From: an uncultured Ruminococcus sp.
Lineage (GTDB): Bacteria; Bacillota; Clostridia; Oscillospirales; Ruminococcaceae
DNA: 38,065 nucleotides
Assembly (NCBI GenBank): GCA_946540705.1
Contig: CAMNJD010000565.1
Location: forward strand, 1-38,065
Reading direction: 5' to 3'
Shown: piece after piece, positions 5,943-15,810 of the stretch
Layout of the letters: every line of letters begins with the position of its first letter
Position numbering within the stretch: the stretch's first letter is position 1
Translations under genes and position numbers: made by a program
The notes under the pieces: generated by a model
Databases searched by the model: none
Seen by the model: only the letters and a program-made list of their open reading frames with translations
What the model was told of the DNA's origin: nothing

Positions 5943-8114
5943 ACATTTTCCGTCCCCGAACCAGAAACCGCCGTGCTCTTTCAGACGACTTCGGACGGTA
6001 TTTTCGGACACTCCGAGATATGTCATGATGTCTTTTATGTCGGCTTCGCCGTTCTGATCCACGGCACTGGAGAATGCTGTCATGATGCCGTCTTTGCGTT
6101 CCTGTTTCCGCTCCTCGTTGGTCTTCCGTTTCGGAAAATTCTTCTGCCATGTGTCGTCCGGATTGACGTCCTTCAGCGCGCCTGTCTGGTCGATGATATG
6201 GCGCGGCCACTCGAACCACACGTTCACAGACTGGAAACGCGGGAACTCTCGGAGCGTGCCCTCGATGCGCCATGCAGACTGGATATTTGTCGCCGCAACA
6301 GCTCGCTGGATGTCCTGCTGCATCAGGCTCAAACTGTTAGCTTTGAGATGATCGCGGCAGTGATCCATCATGCGGGAGCGGCTCTGCTCGTCGTCGAGAG
6401 AGACCGTGTCGCCGTAGCGATCGCCGAGAAACCGTTGCAGCCACTCCTTGCATACCGCACAGACGGCTTTGTCCTCGCGCGTCTTGCGGAGCTGTTCCGA
6501 GACCGGCAGCTCGATCATGTCCAGCAGCGCGTCAGGATCACGGGCAAAGACGCCGGAACCGGATGCTCTGTCCATAGACTTTTTACCGCCCTGCATGCCC
6601 TTGCTGTGGTGGTGGCAGTAGATCATTGCGCAGTTTGCGTCACGGCAGATCCGGTCAAACACATTGCAAAAGTGTGACATCTGTTCGGCACTGTTTTCGT
6701 CGCCGGTGATCACCTTATAGATCGGATCCAGGATGATTGCGGCGTATCCGGCTTTCTTTGCTCTGCGGATCATCGACGGTGCTAACTTGTCCATCGGCAT
6801 CGACCGTCCGCGCAGGTTCCAGACCGTCAGATTCTTTGCGTTTTTCGCCTCGACACCGTTTGCCTTGTAGACTTCCGCGATTCGGTTCCAGCAGCTTGCC
6901 TCGTCGAGCTCCAGATTGATATACAGCACTTTGCCTTGCCTGCACCGGAAGCCGAGCCATTCGCCGCCCTCCGCAATCGCAATCGCAAGTGAAATCAGCG
7001 AGAACGACTTGCCTGCTTTTGACGGTCCGGCGAGCAGCATCTTATGACCGCAGCGGAGCACGCCCTCGATCAGAGCCGGACGCAGCGGCGGAAGATGATC
7101 CTTCATTTCGTCGTAGCTGATCTCGTCCGGCAGATCGTCGGTGATCTCCTCGATGTAGTCTTTCCACTCCTCAAACGACGCCTTGCCGATGTTGGTGTCT
7201 ACGAGGTACTGCCAGTTTTCGCCGCGCTGAAAGCCAGGAAGTCTGGTCAGTCGTGACGGATTCTTGCACGCCTTGTCAATTTTCAGACCGTTTTTCTCGC
7301 AGACATCAAACATATACGCGACGCGCTGACGATACAGTTCACGGTTGTTTCCTGCGTCGATGTGACAGATTGCGTGGAGCGACTTGCCGCCGGTGTGTGT
7401 CAGCGTGACGATCGGCAATGCCAGCTCGCGCATGAGCACGTTTTGCTGCTCAATTGTCAGGCTGTCCGACTCGATCAGGACATACCGATAGTCCGTGACG
7501 TTTTCGTCTTTGATTCCCTTGCCGTCGAGCGGGTTGACACGGATCCATGCGCCGGCTCTTGTGTCAGCATCGCCGAGCACGCTGCCGATGTCGCCTTTGC
7601 ACTTTTCCAGCAGGTCGATGATCTGCCCGGCGGTACGTCCCCAGCTGCCGCGTGTCGGTGCAAGCTTTCCGTCCGTCTCGTAAACGCTGGTGACATATCC
7701 AATGTAATCGTCCGGCTCAAAACGCGCCCGCAGATACTTGATGATCTCGCTGACGTGATCGCGTGAGACCGGTCTTTGTTTGACCGGCTCCGCCTCTCCC
7801 TCGTATGAGATGATACCCTCATAGTCGATCTGTGTATAATCGTCGTTGTAGCTGTTTCCGCTGTGCGGCGGCGTCCAGCCGTGATCCTTTGCGATCTGTA
7901 CGATCGTGCCGGCTGTCACAGGCTCGGCGTTGCCCTTAAACGACTCCCACTTTTTTGCGCAATTGCCGGCTTTGTACCGGCTGTCTGCCATGCTCCATGT
8001 GTCCCAGTCTGATACTGTATATCCTTCATGCTTCAGCGCCATGCCAACCTGCACCCATTCTTCATAGGTGCATTCAGATGACGGAAGCTGTTCCAAAATC
8101 TCCAAAAGGCTCAT
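5895..8114 (-). CDS. bifunctional primase-polymerase / RepA(DnaB)-like helicase replication protein
   Basis: 739 aa. GGAGGT lies 8 nt upstream. N-terminal PriCT-2-like segment (YEEWVQVGMALKHEG...WDTWS...KKWESF). Prim-pol core (AWIRVNPL..., HTGGKSLHA). Walker A LLAGPSKAGKSF with an AAA_25-like core. C-terminal HTH. Confidence 0.85.
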   Translation of the reverse strand: MSLLEILEQLPSSECTYEEWVQVGMALKHEGYTVSDWDTWSMADSRYKAGNCAKKWESFKGNAEPVTAGTIVQIAKDHGWTPPHSGNSYNDDYTQIDYEGIISYEGEAEPVKQRPVSRDHVSEIIKYLRARFEPDDYIGYVTSVYETDGKLAPTRGSWGRTAGQIIDLLEKCKGDIGSVLGDADTRAGAWIRVNPLDGKGIKDENVTDYRYVLIESDSLTIEQQNVLMRELALPIVTLTHTGGKSLHAICHIDAGNNRELYRQRVAYMFDVCEKNGLKIDKACKNPSRLTRLPGFQRGENWQYLVDTNIGKASFEEWKDYIEEITDDLPDEISYDEMKDHLPPLRPALIEGVLRCGHKMLLAGPSKAGKSFSLISLAIAIAEGGEWLGFRCRQGKVLYINLELDEASCWNRIAEVYKANGVEAKNAKNLTVWNLRGRSMPMDKLAPSMIRRAKKAGYAAIILDPIYKVITGDENSAEQMSHFCNVFDRICRDANCAMIYCHHHSKGMQGGKKSMDRASGSGVFARDPDALLDMIELPVSEQLRKTREDKAVCAVCKEWLQRFLGDRYGDTVSLDDEQSRSRMMDHCRDHLKANSLSLMQQDIQRAVAATNIQSAWRIEGTLREFPRFQSVNVWFEWPRHIIDQTGALKDVNPDDTWQKNFPKRKTNEERKQERKDGIMTAFSSAVDQNGEADIKDIMTYLGVSENTVRSRLKEHGGFWFGDGKCGLKASSKIGDLSSEV

Positions 8115-9711
8115 AAGTTGTTACCTCCACAGGCGGGATATATTCGCTCGGAACGACGCCGTGCGGAATCTGCCAGTTGTTTGCGCTGATGCGGGAAATC
8201 ATGTTCGACGCAGCTTCAAACTGCCAAGTTCCGACATGCTGAAAACCGCGGGATTCGAGGAATCGGATCTGCTTCGGTGTCGTGAGCCCTGCCCTCTGGC
8301 GCTTTTCCAGACGCTCGATGAGCAACTTCGCCTTGCCGGCGCTCTCGATCTCGTCCGGAAAGATGCCGCGCTTTTCGAGCATTGCTTTCTGCTTGTCGGA
8401 CGGCGGTGCGCACTCCCATCCGAACGCAGGAACGTATCCGCTCAGATCCTCCGCGCAGATCGACATTTCGTATTGCAGCGGATCCACGAGCTTGCGCTTG
8501 CGCTTCTTGCACTCCGCAAGTTTCTTTGCGAGCGCTTCCTCGCGCTGCTGCTGGACTTCATCTGCTGCCGCCGCAGCCGCTTCCTCGATGTCAATTTCGC
8601 AGCCTGCATTTTCGGAGAGATCCTCTGTCATTTTTGCCGCAACCTCTTGGCTGTCGCAGATCAGGTGCGCCGGACGGCACAGCTCGTGACGCTCCGTGTG
8701 CCATAAAAAGTCAAGCAGCAGCAGATGGTCCTTGCCCTCGCAGAGCCGTGTCCCGCGCCCGACCATCTGACAGTACAGTGAGCGCACCTTTGTCGGGCGG
8801 AGAACAATCACGCAGTCAACAGACGGACAGTCCCAGCCCTCGGTCAAAAGCATCGAGTTGCAAAGCACGTTGTATTTGCCGCTGTCAAAGTCTGCGAGGA
8901 TCTCCGCACGGTCGTCAGATGTACCGTTGACCTCCGCAGCCCGGAAGCCGAAACCGTTGAGGATATCACGGAACTTTTGCGAGGTCTTGATCAGCGGCAG
9001 AAAAACAACCGTCTTGCGATCCTTGCAGTATGTCTGCATCTCCTCGGCAATCTGCATCAGGTACGGATCCAGTGCGCTGTCAAGGTCTCCAGGCTTAAAA
9101 TCGCCGCTCTGGATACCGACGCCGGAAAGATCTAGCGTCAGCGGGATCGTCACCGCCTTGATCGGTGAGAGGTATCCCTCTTTTATCGCCTGCGGCAGCG
9201 TGTACTCATAAGCAAGGCTGTCAAACACATTGCCCAGCTCGCGCATGTCTCCGCGGTCAGGTGTTGCCGTGACGCCGAGTACCTTTGCGTCGTGGAAGTG
9301 TTCGAGCACCCGCTGATAGCTGTCTGATACGGCGTGATGCGCCTCGTCGATGATGATTGTGTCAAAGTAGTCCTCCGGAAACTTTTGCAGGCGCGTCTCA
9401 CGCATAAGCGATTGCACCGAGCCGACCGTGATCCGGAACCACGAGCCGAGACAGGATTGCTCAGCCTTTTCGGTCGCGCATTGTAAGCCGGTTGATTTTT
9501 TGATTTTGTCAGCAGCCTGGTCAAGCAGCTCTCCGCGGTGTGCGAGGATCAGCACACGGTCGCCAAGTCTCACGCAGTCCTCCGTGATCTTGGCAAAGAC
9601 GATCGTCTTACCGCAACCCGTAGGCAGGACGAGCAGCGTGCGTGTGTTGCCTTGCTGCCACTCGTCCTGCACTGCCACTCGTGCAGCCTGCTGGTATGGT
9701 CTCAGCTCCAT
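8074..9711 (-). CDS. SF2 DEAD/DEAH-box helicase (ResIII + Helicase_C type)
   Basis: 545 aa. LRPYQ, PTGCGKT (motif I), IIDEAH (motif II), VTATP (motif III), QMVGRGTR (motif VI). About 170 aa of C-terminal extension. Confidence 0.85.
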   Translation of the reverse strand: MELRPYQQAARVAVQDEWQQGNTRTLLVLPTGCGKTIVFAKITEDCVRLGDRVLILAHRGELLDQAADKIKKSTGLQCATEKAEQSCLGSWFRITVGSVQSLMRETRLQKFPEDYFDTIIIDEAHHAVSDSYQRVLEHFHDAKVLGVTATPDRGDMRELGNVFDSLAYEYTLPQAIKEGYLSPIKAVTIPLTLDLSGVGIQSGDFKPGDLDSALDPYLMQIAEEMQTYCKDRKTVVFLPLIKTSQKFRDILNGFGFRAAEVNGTSDDRAEILADFDSGKYNVLCNSMLLTEGWDCPSVDCVIVLRPTKVRSLYCQMVGRGTRLCEGKDHLLLLDFLWHTERHELCRPAHLICDSQEVAAKMTEDLSENAGCEIDIEEAAAAAADEVQQQREEALAKKLAECKKRKRKLVDPLQYEMSICAEDLSGYVPAFGWECAPPSDKQKAMLEKRGIFPDEIESAGKAKLLIERLEKRQRAGLTTPKQIRFLESRGFQHVGTWQFEAASNMISRISANNWQIPHGVVPSEYIPPVEVTTYEPFGDFGTASVI

Positions 9712-9714
9712 TGT

Positions 9715-10305
9715 TTACCACTGTCCAGGCTTCCAGCCGCCGGACTGCTGCGGCTGCTGCCATGTCTGCTGCGGTGCCGACTGTTGTGTCGGCTGCTGGT
9801 ATCCCTGCACAGGCTGCTGATACTGTGCAGGTGGTGTCTGATACTGCTGTACCGGTGCAGAGACAGTCTGCACATCGTCTTCGGGAGCGTAAAACTTTTT
9901 GATCTCGTTGTTCTGCCCCTCGCCGTTTCCGTCGCGCCTTTGGAATTTGTTGACGATCACACGGCATTTACCGCGATATCCCTCGATGTTCCAGCGCATG
10001 TTCAGCGGCTCGCCGTGCTTTTTGAGCCCGATCGAACGGAAGAACTGCGACAGTTTCCACTCAAACTTACGGATGAGGTAAAAACGTGTTGTAATAATGG
10101 TCTTGTCGGATGCGCCCCAGATCGTCAGTTCGACATCGACCTCATTGCATTCCGGCAGATTAGCTGACGCCTCGTGACGGGTGCGAACGACCTTGTTCAC
10201 GGTAAACTCATAGTCTCCCTCCGGCAGCAGTACGAAGTCACTGCCTTCCTCCTCGATCGTGCCCTCGAAACCGATCTCGTCATACTCGTTGTAGTTTTGC
10301 TGCAT
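9715..10305 (-). CDS. DUF669-like ssDNA-binding protein with Q/P-rich tail
   Basis: 196 aa. FVLLPEGDYEFTV...VDVELTIWG resembles DUF669, the usual partner of Sak4. The last roughly 50 aa are Gln/Pro-rich and end in GQW. Confidence 0.6.
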   Translation of the reverse strand: MQQNYNEYDEIGFEGTIEEEGSDFVLLPEGDYEFTVNKVVRTRHEASANLPECNEVDVELTIWGASDKTIITTRFYLIRKFEWKLSQFFRSIGLKKHGEPLNMRWNIEGYRGKCRVIVNKFQRRDGNGEGQNNEIKKFYAPEDDVQTVSAPVQQYQTPPAQYQQPVQGYQQPTQQSAPQQTWQQPQQSGGWKPGQW

Positions 10306-10322
10306 GATGTACCTCCTTTATT

Positions 10323-11435
10323 TTACGAAAACGGCAATTCCCGATTTTCCTGAATCATTCCGAACACCTGTGCCCACGCGCCGATCAGGACGCCTTGCAC
10401 AAAATCAGGCGGGTATGCGGTGATCGGCATATCGTCCGGAAAGTATCCGCGCATGCTGACTGCAAGCCGGATCTCATCCTCTGACACGTTGTTCTGCCGC
10501 ATCAGATCTGCAAGCGCCGGATTGATACCGTCCGGAATCCCAACACTTTCAATCGGCTGAAACTCGTCCAGACTGCCGATATCCTTTGCAGCATCCGCAG
10601 CCGGTGCAGGCTTCGGCGGAGATGTCGGAGCTGCGGGCGTTACAGCCTTCTGAATCATTTCTGAATTTGCACTTGCTGTCGGCTGCTGCATATTGGATGA
10701 AGGCACAGTCTGTCCGAAGATGTGCGCGATCTGTGCAAAGTCAAACGGCAGCTCCGGAGCGAGCCCGAACCGGTTCTTTGCGTCCCAGCACGGATCATGC
10801 GTTGTGTACATGACGCGCTGTCCGCCGCGCGCCTTGTTCTTTTTGCCCTCTTTGTCAACGGAGATGACGGTCGTCTTGTAGTTTGCAAACAGCACCAGAT
10901 CCGCCCACTCCTTGATCATCGCGCAGACGTTGCATTTCGGCGAGTTGATCATTTTCATCTCCCACCGGTCGTAGCTGCCCATTTCGTCGGGCTGCTCAAA
11001 CTTCCGGATTGCTGCGTGTGCCGTGAGCACGACATTCACGCCGCGGTCTGCGATGTCATTCAGCAGATTCAGAATGCCGCCGAACTCTTCGTAAACATAT
11101 GTGTACCCTCTACCGTATCCAAACTCCTCGATTCCAGTCTTTTTGTACTTGTCGAGCACCGTCTTGAAGCACAGGCGCTCCGCCCAGTCAGCGGTGTCGA
11201 TGACGACCGTCTTGCATCCAGGATTGTGATCACGGATCTCTGTTAGGATGCCGAGCAGCATTGCAAGGCTGGTCGGTGTGTCCGTTCTGGCGACGTCCAT
11301 GCGCGTTGTTGAGCCCTCGATATCCACAAACAGCGGATCCGGAAACTGTGATGCAAAAGTTGTCTTGCCAACACCCTCCGGTCCGTAAACGACAGCCTTG
11401 ATCGGCTTGTTCTGGATTCCTCTCGTGATATTCAT
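10323..11435 (-). CDS. Sak4-like AAA_24 ATPase (recombination)
   Basis: 370 aa. VVYGPEGVGKTTFAS Walker A and VVIDTADW Walker B, in the layout typical of phage Sak4 / nucleotide-binding proteins. Confidence 0.75.
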   Translation of the reverse strand: MNITRGIQNKPIKAVVYGPEGVGKTTFASQFPDPLFVDIEGSTTRMDVARTDTPTSLAMLLGILTEIRDHNPGCKTVVIDTADWAERLCFKTVLDKYKKTGIEEFGYGRGYTYVYEEFGGILNLLNDIADRGVNVVLTAHAAIRKFEQPDEMGSYDRWEMKMINSPKCNVCAMIKEWADLVLFANYKTTVISVDKEGKKNKARGGQRVMYTTHDPCWDAKNRFGLAPELPFDFAQIAHIFGQTVPSSNMQQPTASANSEMIQKAVTPAAPTSPPKPAPAADAAKDIGSLDEFQPIESVGIPDGINPALADLMRQNNVSEDEIRLAVSMRGYFPDDMPITAYPPDFVQGVLIGAWAQVFGMIQENRELPFS

Positions 11436-12736
11436 TAAAATTCACCCGCTTTCCATGTTTTCGGCTCTGCCGGCATGATTGCCGGAGCCGTATCGTTGCC
11501 GTGTGAGTAGCCGTCCTCGATGATGACGGCGCATTCCTCGCCGGTGCTGACGCGCGTTGCGAGCACCTGCAAGCCCTCTGCTTCGAGCCACGCGCCAAAC
11601 TCGCGCAGCGTGTCGAGATCCATTTGTTCCAGCTTGTCCATGAGCACAAAGCCGCATTTCGGATTCAGTTTCCGGACGATCGCGGCAGCGCATTTGAGTT
11701 GCTCTGCGCCCGACATGTTGTCCCACGCCTGCCCGTGATATGTCAGCACGCCGTCCTCGACGCTCAGACCGTCGAGCGGCATCTCTGCACCGTCAAGCAG
11801 CTTCATGCGTTCGATGCGGATGCTTTCGATCTCGGCCGTCAGCTCGTCGTACTGCTTCCGGTACGCTTCCGCATCGAGATCCGCCTTTTCACGGTCCATG
11901 TTCGCGCGCACTTTCGCATTGATTTCCTCGACGCTCCGGAGCTGTTTTTCGAGCTCTGCGGTCGATTCCATTTCCAGCTCTGACGGCGATTTTGCTGCTT
12001 CCGCTGCCTTTGCCTGCTCAGCTGCGAGAGTCGCTTCGAGGTGTTCGAGCTCCCGCTTTGTGCGCTCGATGTCTGCGGTGAGCTTCTGGATCACAAACGC
12101 GATCTGCTGCGCCTCTGCCTGCCACTGCTGACGCTGCCCGTTGCGTGCAAGGATCTCCTGATGCTGCTCGATCAGATCGGCTGCGCTGACCGGCTCTTTC
12201 GGCGCGTCCGGATATACCGGCATCTCTTTCGCAAACTTTTCTTTCTGGTCGGCGATTCTGCCGATTTCAAGCCGCCTGTTGTAGAGCGTGCTGCATTTGG
12301 TGTCGAGCTCGTACAGCTGATCACCGACGCCGATGATCTGGAGCAGCACCTTTGCTTTTTCCTTGTCGTTCATCGACATAAACGCCGGCAGGTTCAGCGC
12401 CAGTTTCTCGATAAACTCGTCGAGGATCTTCTGTCCGGACTTTTTGCCGGACGGATCCTTGATTTTGAGCGTGCCGTTTTTTCCGCTGCGCTCCACGACA
12501 AAGCCGTTGGAGAGCGTCACACGGATCACCGGATCCGTGACGGACTCTGCACGCTTTGGCTTGCTCGGCGCAAATTTCTCGCCGCCGAGAGCCCATGAGA
12601 TCGCGTCGAGCACGCTGGTCTTGCCCTGCCCGTTCTTCCCGCCGATCAGGTTAAGACCGTCCTGCGTCGGCGTCAGCTCGACGGCTTTCAGACGCTTGAC
12701 ATTCTGCGCCTCCAGAGATACGATTTTTACTGACAT
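11435..12736 (-). CDS. SMC/SbcC-like AAA ATPase with coiled-coil insert
   Basis: 433 aa. LIGGKNGQGKTS Walker A, central coiled coil, MSGAEQ signature, FVLMDKLEQMD Walker B. Confidence 0.75.
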   Translation of the reverse strand: MSVKIVSLEAQNVKRLKAVELTPTQDGLNLIGGKNGQGKTSVLDAISWALGGEKFAPSKPKRAESVTDPVIRVTLSNGFVVERSGKNGTLKIKDPSGKKSGQKILDEFIEKLALNLPAFMSMNDKEKAKVLLQIIGVGDQLYELDTKCSTLYNRRLEIGRIADQKEKFAKEMPVYPDAPKEPVSAADLIEQHQEILARNGQRQQWQAEAQQIAFVIQKLTADIERTKRELEHLEATLAAEQAKAAEAAKSPSELEMESTAELEKQLRSVEEINAKVRANMDREKADLDAEAYRKQYDELTAEIESIRIERMKLLDGAEMPLDGLSVEDGVLTYHGQAWDNMSGAEQLKCAAAIVRKLNPKCGFVLMDKLEQMDLDTLREFGAWLEAEGLQVLATRVSTGEECAVIIEDGYSHGNDTAPAIMPAEPKTWKAGEF

Positions 12737-12748
12737 TAGATATCCTCC

Positions 12749-14515
12749 TTATAACAGCTGCCCAATGCACAGCCCGATTTCCTTGACATATTTCAGCAGA
12801 GTGTCTTTCTCTTTGCCGGATCTCACGCCGTTGAGACGCATGCAAAGCGTGTTGACCTGGCTTCTGACCAGCCGGCACATCGCAAGCAGTTCCGTGTAGT
12901 TTGAGTCTGCTTTCAGCTCTGTGAGCTTCTTTTCGTACTCCGCGCGGAGTTTTTCCAGTTCGGCGGTGTTATCTTCCTGCACGGCAACCTCGACAGGTCT
13001 GCTCTCCAGCTCTGTGATGCGAGCTTGCAGCTGTTCGATACTGGAATCCTTATCAGTTCGCTCGCGTGTGAGCTTAGCAATGAAGCTCTGATTGTTGTAG
13101 ATCTCAGCATTCAGCTTAGCGATTTCCTGCTGATCTTTCACGAAGCGGCCGTTCTGCTCTTCGATCTTCTGGCGCTTCTCTTCGGAATCATCGCACCATC
13201 TATGCGCGCGGTCTTCTGCGTCCTGCAATGCTGCCTCCGTCTGATCGTTCTGGTGCTTCAGCGCGTCGATCTGCGCCCGCAGCTCGCGGACGGTAACACT
13301 CTCGACATCCACGCTATCGGTGATCTGCTCGCGCTGCTTTTCGTCGATCTTTGCCAGCAGATACAGCTTTTCGACGCCGATGCGCTCAAAATCGGAAGTT
13401 GACTTCCCGTCGAGCGACGCGATTGCTGCATACTTTTGCCCCTGCCGTCTGGTGATACCGATCTCCTGCTCGCAGTAGTCCTCAAATGTCCCGTATCCGA
13501 TCTCTTTGTACAGCTTGGCATCCCGCATCTCTGCGAGCCCTTTGCACATCTCCCAGAGCGACTGCTGCGCTGCCTGTCCGTTTGCGATGATTGAGCGTGT
13601 CAGAGCGATCGCACGGCTGTACTCGTCGGACACGACAACCTGTGCAGCCGGCTGCGTGACGATCTCAGCATGTACATCCTGATCGCTTCGCTGTGTGGTA
13701 CCGTTAAACAGCCAGACGCGAGTATAAACGTGGTCTCTCTGCGGTACCATGCTCTGCGGCTTGATCTTGATCTGATCGAGCACATCGTCGGCATCGACGC
13801 GGGAAACCGTAAATGTACATCCCTCGAACTGCTTGTCTGTCTCGTACAGCTCTGCGTCGATATCGTCATCGTCGTCCATCTCTTCGGCAACTTCATACAC
13901 AAGGACTTTTGTTCCTTCCGGAAGCGCCGTCAACTCGTCGTATGTCAACTCCTTGCCGAAGTATGCCCTGTCAGTCTCGCCGTTGTACTCTCTGTCAAAG
14001 TCTGTTCCGAAGTCCGTTTTGACGTCGGGCCGCTGCACGCCGGCTTTCAGCGTGAAGAACTGTCCGGAATACTTCAACGTCGGGGAGATCGGGTTTTTGT
14101 TTTCTAAGATATACATTTTCCGCGTTCCGCAAAAGCTGACACCGCCGTCCAGATAGGAGAGATAAGTGTCGCCGCTGTCGTCGATCCGGTAAATCCAGAC
14201 TGCTTTGAGATACCGCCTTGATTCCGTGCTGCTGTCGTGGACGATCAGCTTGCCGACATAGTCATGCAGCTCGTCCCATGTCAGCGGTTCCGGATCAATG
14301 TCATCCGCGCTGACTTCGTCGCCGCGCATGTACTTGATAATGCCGGCTTCTTTCAGTGCCTTTTCGGCGCGTTTCATATCCGGTGTGCTGATCAGTCGTT
14401 CGCTTCCAGGCTGATACATCGCAAGGAGCAGCTGGTCAGTGGTCTTGACTTTGACTTTGCCAAGCCGCGCCAGTGTCTTCTCGTCAAGGTTCAGGTCTTT
14501 GACATCCATTGACAA
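12749..14515 (-). CDS. large early protein: HhH-like N-terminus, DUF3102/ParB-type HTH segment, long coiled coil
   Basis: 588 aa. SLWEMCKGLAEMRDAKLYKEIGYGTFEDYCEQEIGITRRQGQKYAAIA resembles DUF3102. The C-terminal roughly 200 aa are heptad-rich. Confidence 0.55.
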   Translation of the reverse strand: MSMDVKDLNLDEKTLARLGKVKVKTTDQLLLAMYQPGSERLISTPDMKRAEKALKEAGIIKYMRGDEVSADDIDPEPLTWDELHDYVGKLIVHDSSTESRRYLKAVWIYRIDDSGDTYLSYLDGGVSFCGTRKMYILENKNPISPTLKYSGQFFTLKAGVQRPDVKTDFGTDFDREYNGETDRAYFGKELTYDELTALPEGTKVLVYEVAEEMDDDDDIDAELYETDKQFEGCTFTVSRVDADDVLDQIKIKPQSMVPQRDHVYTRVWLFNGTTQRSDQDVHAEIVTQPAAQVVVSDEYSRAIALTRSIIANGQAAQQSLWEMCKGLAEMRDAKLYKEIGYGTFEDYCEQEIGITRRQGQKYAAIASLDGKSTSDFERIGVEKLYLLAKIDEKQREQITDSVDVESVTVRELRAQIDALKHQNDQTEAALQDAEDRAHRWCDDSEEKRQKIEEQNGRFVKDQQEIAKLNAEIYNNQSFIAKLTRERTDKDSSIEQLQARITELESRPVEVAVQEDNTAELEKLRAEYEKKLTELKADSNYTELLAMCRLVRSQVNTLCMRLNGVRSGKEKDTLLKYVKEIGLCIGQLL

Positions 14516-14597
14516 ATCATCCTTTCCGTGCTATACTAGCACTGTAAGTGCTTTGCTTGCAGCCGTGTCCACCGTGCCAGCGGGGATGCGGCTTTTC

Positions 14598-14888
14598 TTA
14601 TACCATGTACGCATCAATATACTGCTGCGGCACATCGTCAAACTCTTCACCGTCAGCGCCGACGATCAGCGCGGTTCCGTAGATGTGGTGGCCGCTGATG
14701 ATAGATGCAAGATCGTTGCGCGGATACTGTTTCAGCAGTCCTTCCTCGTCCACGATCATGATGCCGCCATCTTTCAGACCGACTGTCTCAATGTGACCGC
14801 CGACAGCCTGCTGCAATGCACGCAGCTCATTCGGCACGTCAATGACGTCGATGCTGTTCAGCGCGATCCGCAGTGCTCTTATCGCCAT
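14598..14888 (-). CDS. DUF3846-like protein
   Basis: Track ORF 14598..14906. Start at ATG 14888 (GGAAGGAG 7 nt upstream). LRALQQAVGGHIETV...IVDEEGLLK...N...IYGTALIVG..GEEF matches the DUF3846 pattern as I remember it. Confidence 0.55.
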   Translation of the reverse strand: MAIRALRIALNSIDVIDVPNELRALQQAVGGHIETVGLKDGGIMIVDEEGLLKQYPRNDLASIISGHHIYGTALIVGADGEEFDDVPQQYIDAYMV

Positions 14889-15529
14889 TTCTGCCGCTCC
14901 TTCCATTCTTCCAGTCTGCTCGCATCCTTCCGGTATTCCTCGATCTCGATTTCGATCTCGCTGATCCGGTATTGCAGCGCCTCAATGCGATCAGCAATAA
15001 ATGTAAGGTGACCGTCTACCGCTCTCCGAACTACAGGCGGCAGCGGCTCTGACTCGTCCTGTGCTTCGGTCTCAGGCTCTGCATTCGCAGCATTTTCCTC
15101 TGCATCCGCAGCCTTGCTCTCTGCGATCATCTCATCTACAGCGGCATCGAACTCCGGATTGATGATACCGGGCTTTGGCTTGTCCTCCGCTGCTGGCTGC
15201 ATGATTTCCTGCTCAGCTTTTGCCAGTTTGGCGCAGAGCTGGCTGATTGCCTGGACACTCACGCCGTACTGCTGCGCAAGATCCTTCTGTGGGACGCCGT
15301 CTTTGCTTGCTGCATAGATTGCCGCTCGCTGCTGATCGGTAAGCTTTCCCATGATAATACTCTCCTTCTTTCTGATTTCATAGATAACATCCACAACGGC
15401 CTCGAACTGCCGCCGCAGTGTTCTTGCTATATGGTGCTCATTCAAGCCTGTGTTGAGCAGCCGGAGCACCTGCTGTTCTTCGTAGGTGTATATCGGTGTG
15501 TCAGGTTCACCGATCCGGACAGGCTTCAT
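14879..15529 (-). CDS. DNA-binding protein with two HTH-like segments and an acidic/coiled C-terminus
   Basis: 216 aa. EQQVLRLLNTGLNEHHIARTL and KDLAQQYGVSVQAISQL. An in-frame ATG at 15352 has its own AAGGAGAG. Confidence 0.55.
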   Translation of the reverse strand: MKPVRIGEPDTPIYTYEEQQVLRLLNTGLNEHHIARTLRRQFEAVVDVIYEIRKKESIIMGKLTDQQRAAIYAASKDGVPQKDLAQQYGVSVQAISQLCAKLAKAEQEIMQPAAEDKPKPGIINPEFDAAVDEMIAESKAADAEENAANAEPETEAQDESEPLPPVVRRAVDGHLTFIADRIEALQYRISEIEIEIEEYRKDASRLEEWKERQKWR

Positions 15530-15810
15530 TTGCGCTCACCCCAGTCGATATCCGATTCATTGATTAGTGTCACGGGGATATCGACTTTTAATCTGCACAA
15601 ATAGTCGCGCAACATGTCGCGTGCAAGCAGCCGGGCATAGCGATGTGCCCATGCATTCAGGCGCTTGCGGTCATCGCGCAGAATATCTCGATCAACTTTT
15701 CGCCAGTGCCAAATGAACCCCACTGCAAGTGCAATCTGGAAAAGCACTGTGATCGCCATTCCACCCCAAAACTGTCCGTCTGTCAGTCTCATATCACACC
15801 TCTCAGCCAT
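15526..15810 (-). CDS. membrane-anchored small protein
   Basis: 94 aa (or 88 aa from ATG 15792, which has AGAGGTG 5 nt upstream). One transmembrane span, WGGMAITVLFQIALAVGFIW. Confidence 0.55.
   Translation of the reverse strand: MAERCDMRLTDGQFWGGMAITVLFQIALAVGFIWHWRKVDRDILRDDRKRLNAWAHRYARLLARDMLRDYLCRLKVDIPVTLINESDIDWGERK

Noticed and set aside
9608-9967. Overlapping ORFs on both strands in the CTG/CAG-rich tract (9608..9967 minus, 9642..9902 plus)
   Set aside because: They are artefacts of the low-complexity Gln/Pro-coding tail of the DUF669-like gene. There are no independent translation signals.
14516-14597. 82-nt intergenic region with small hairpins (AGCACT-TAC-AGTGCT, AGCCG...CGGCT) considered as a terminator or sRNA
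   Set aside because: There is no U-tract, no convincing promoter and the stems are short. The evidence is insufficient from sequence alone.
14879-15529. Possible split of the 216-aa HTH protein into two genes at the in-frame ATG 15352, which has its own AAGGAGAG
   Set aside because: No stop codon separates the halves. It is kept as one ORF, and an internally initiated shorter isoform remains possible but unproven.
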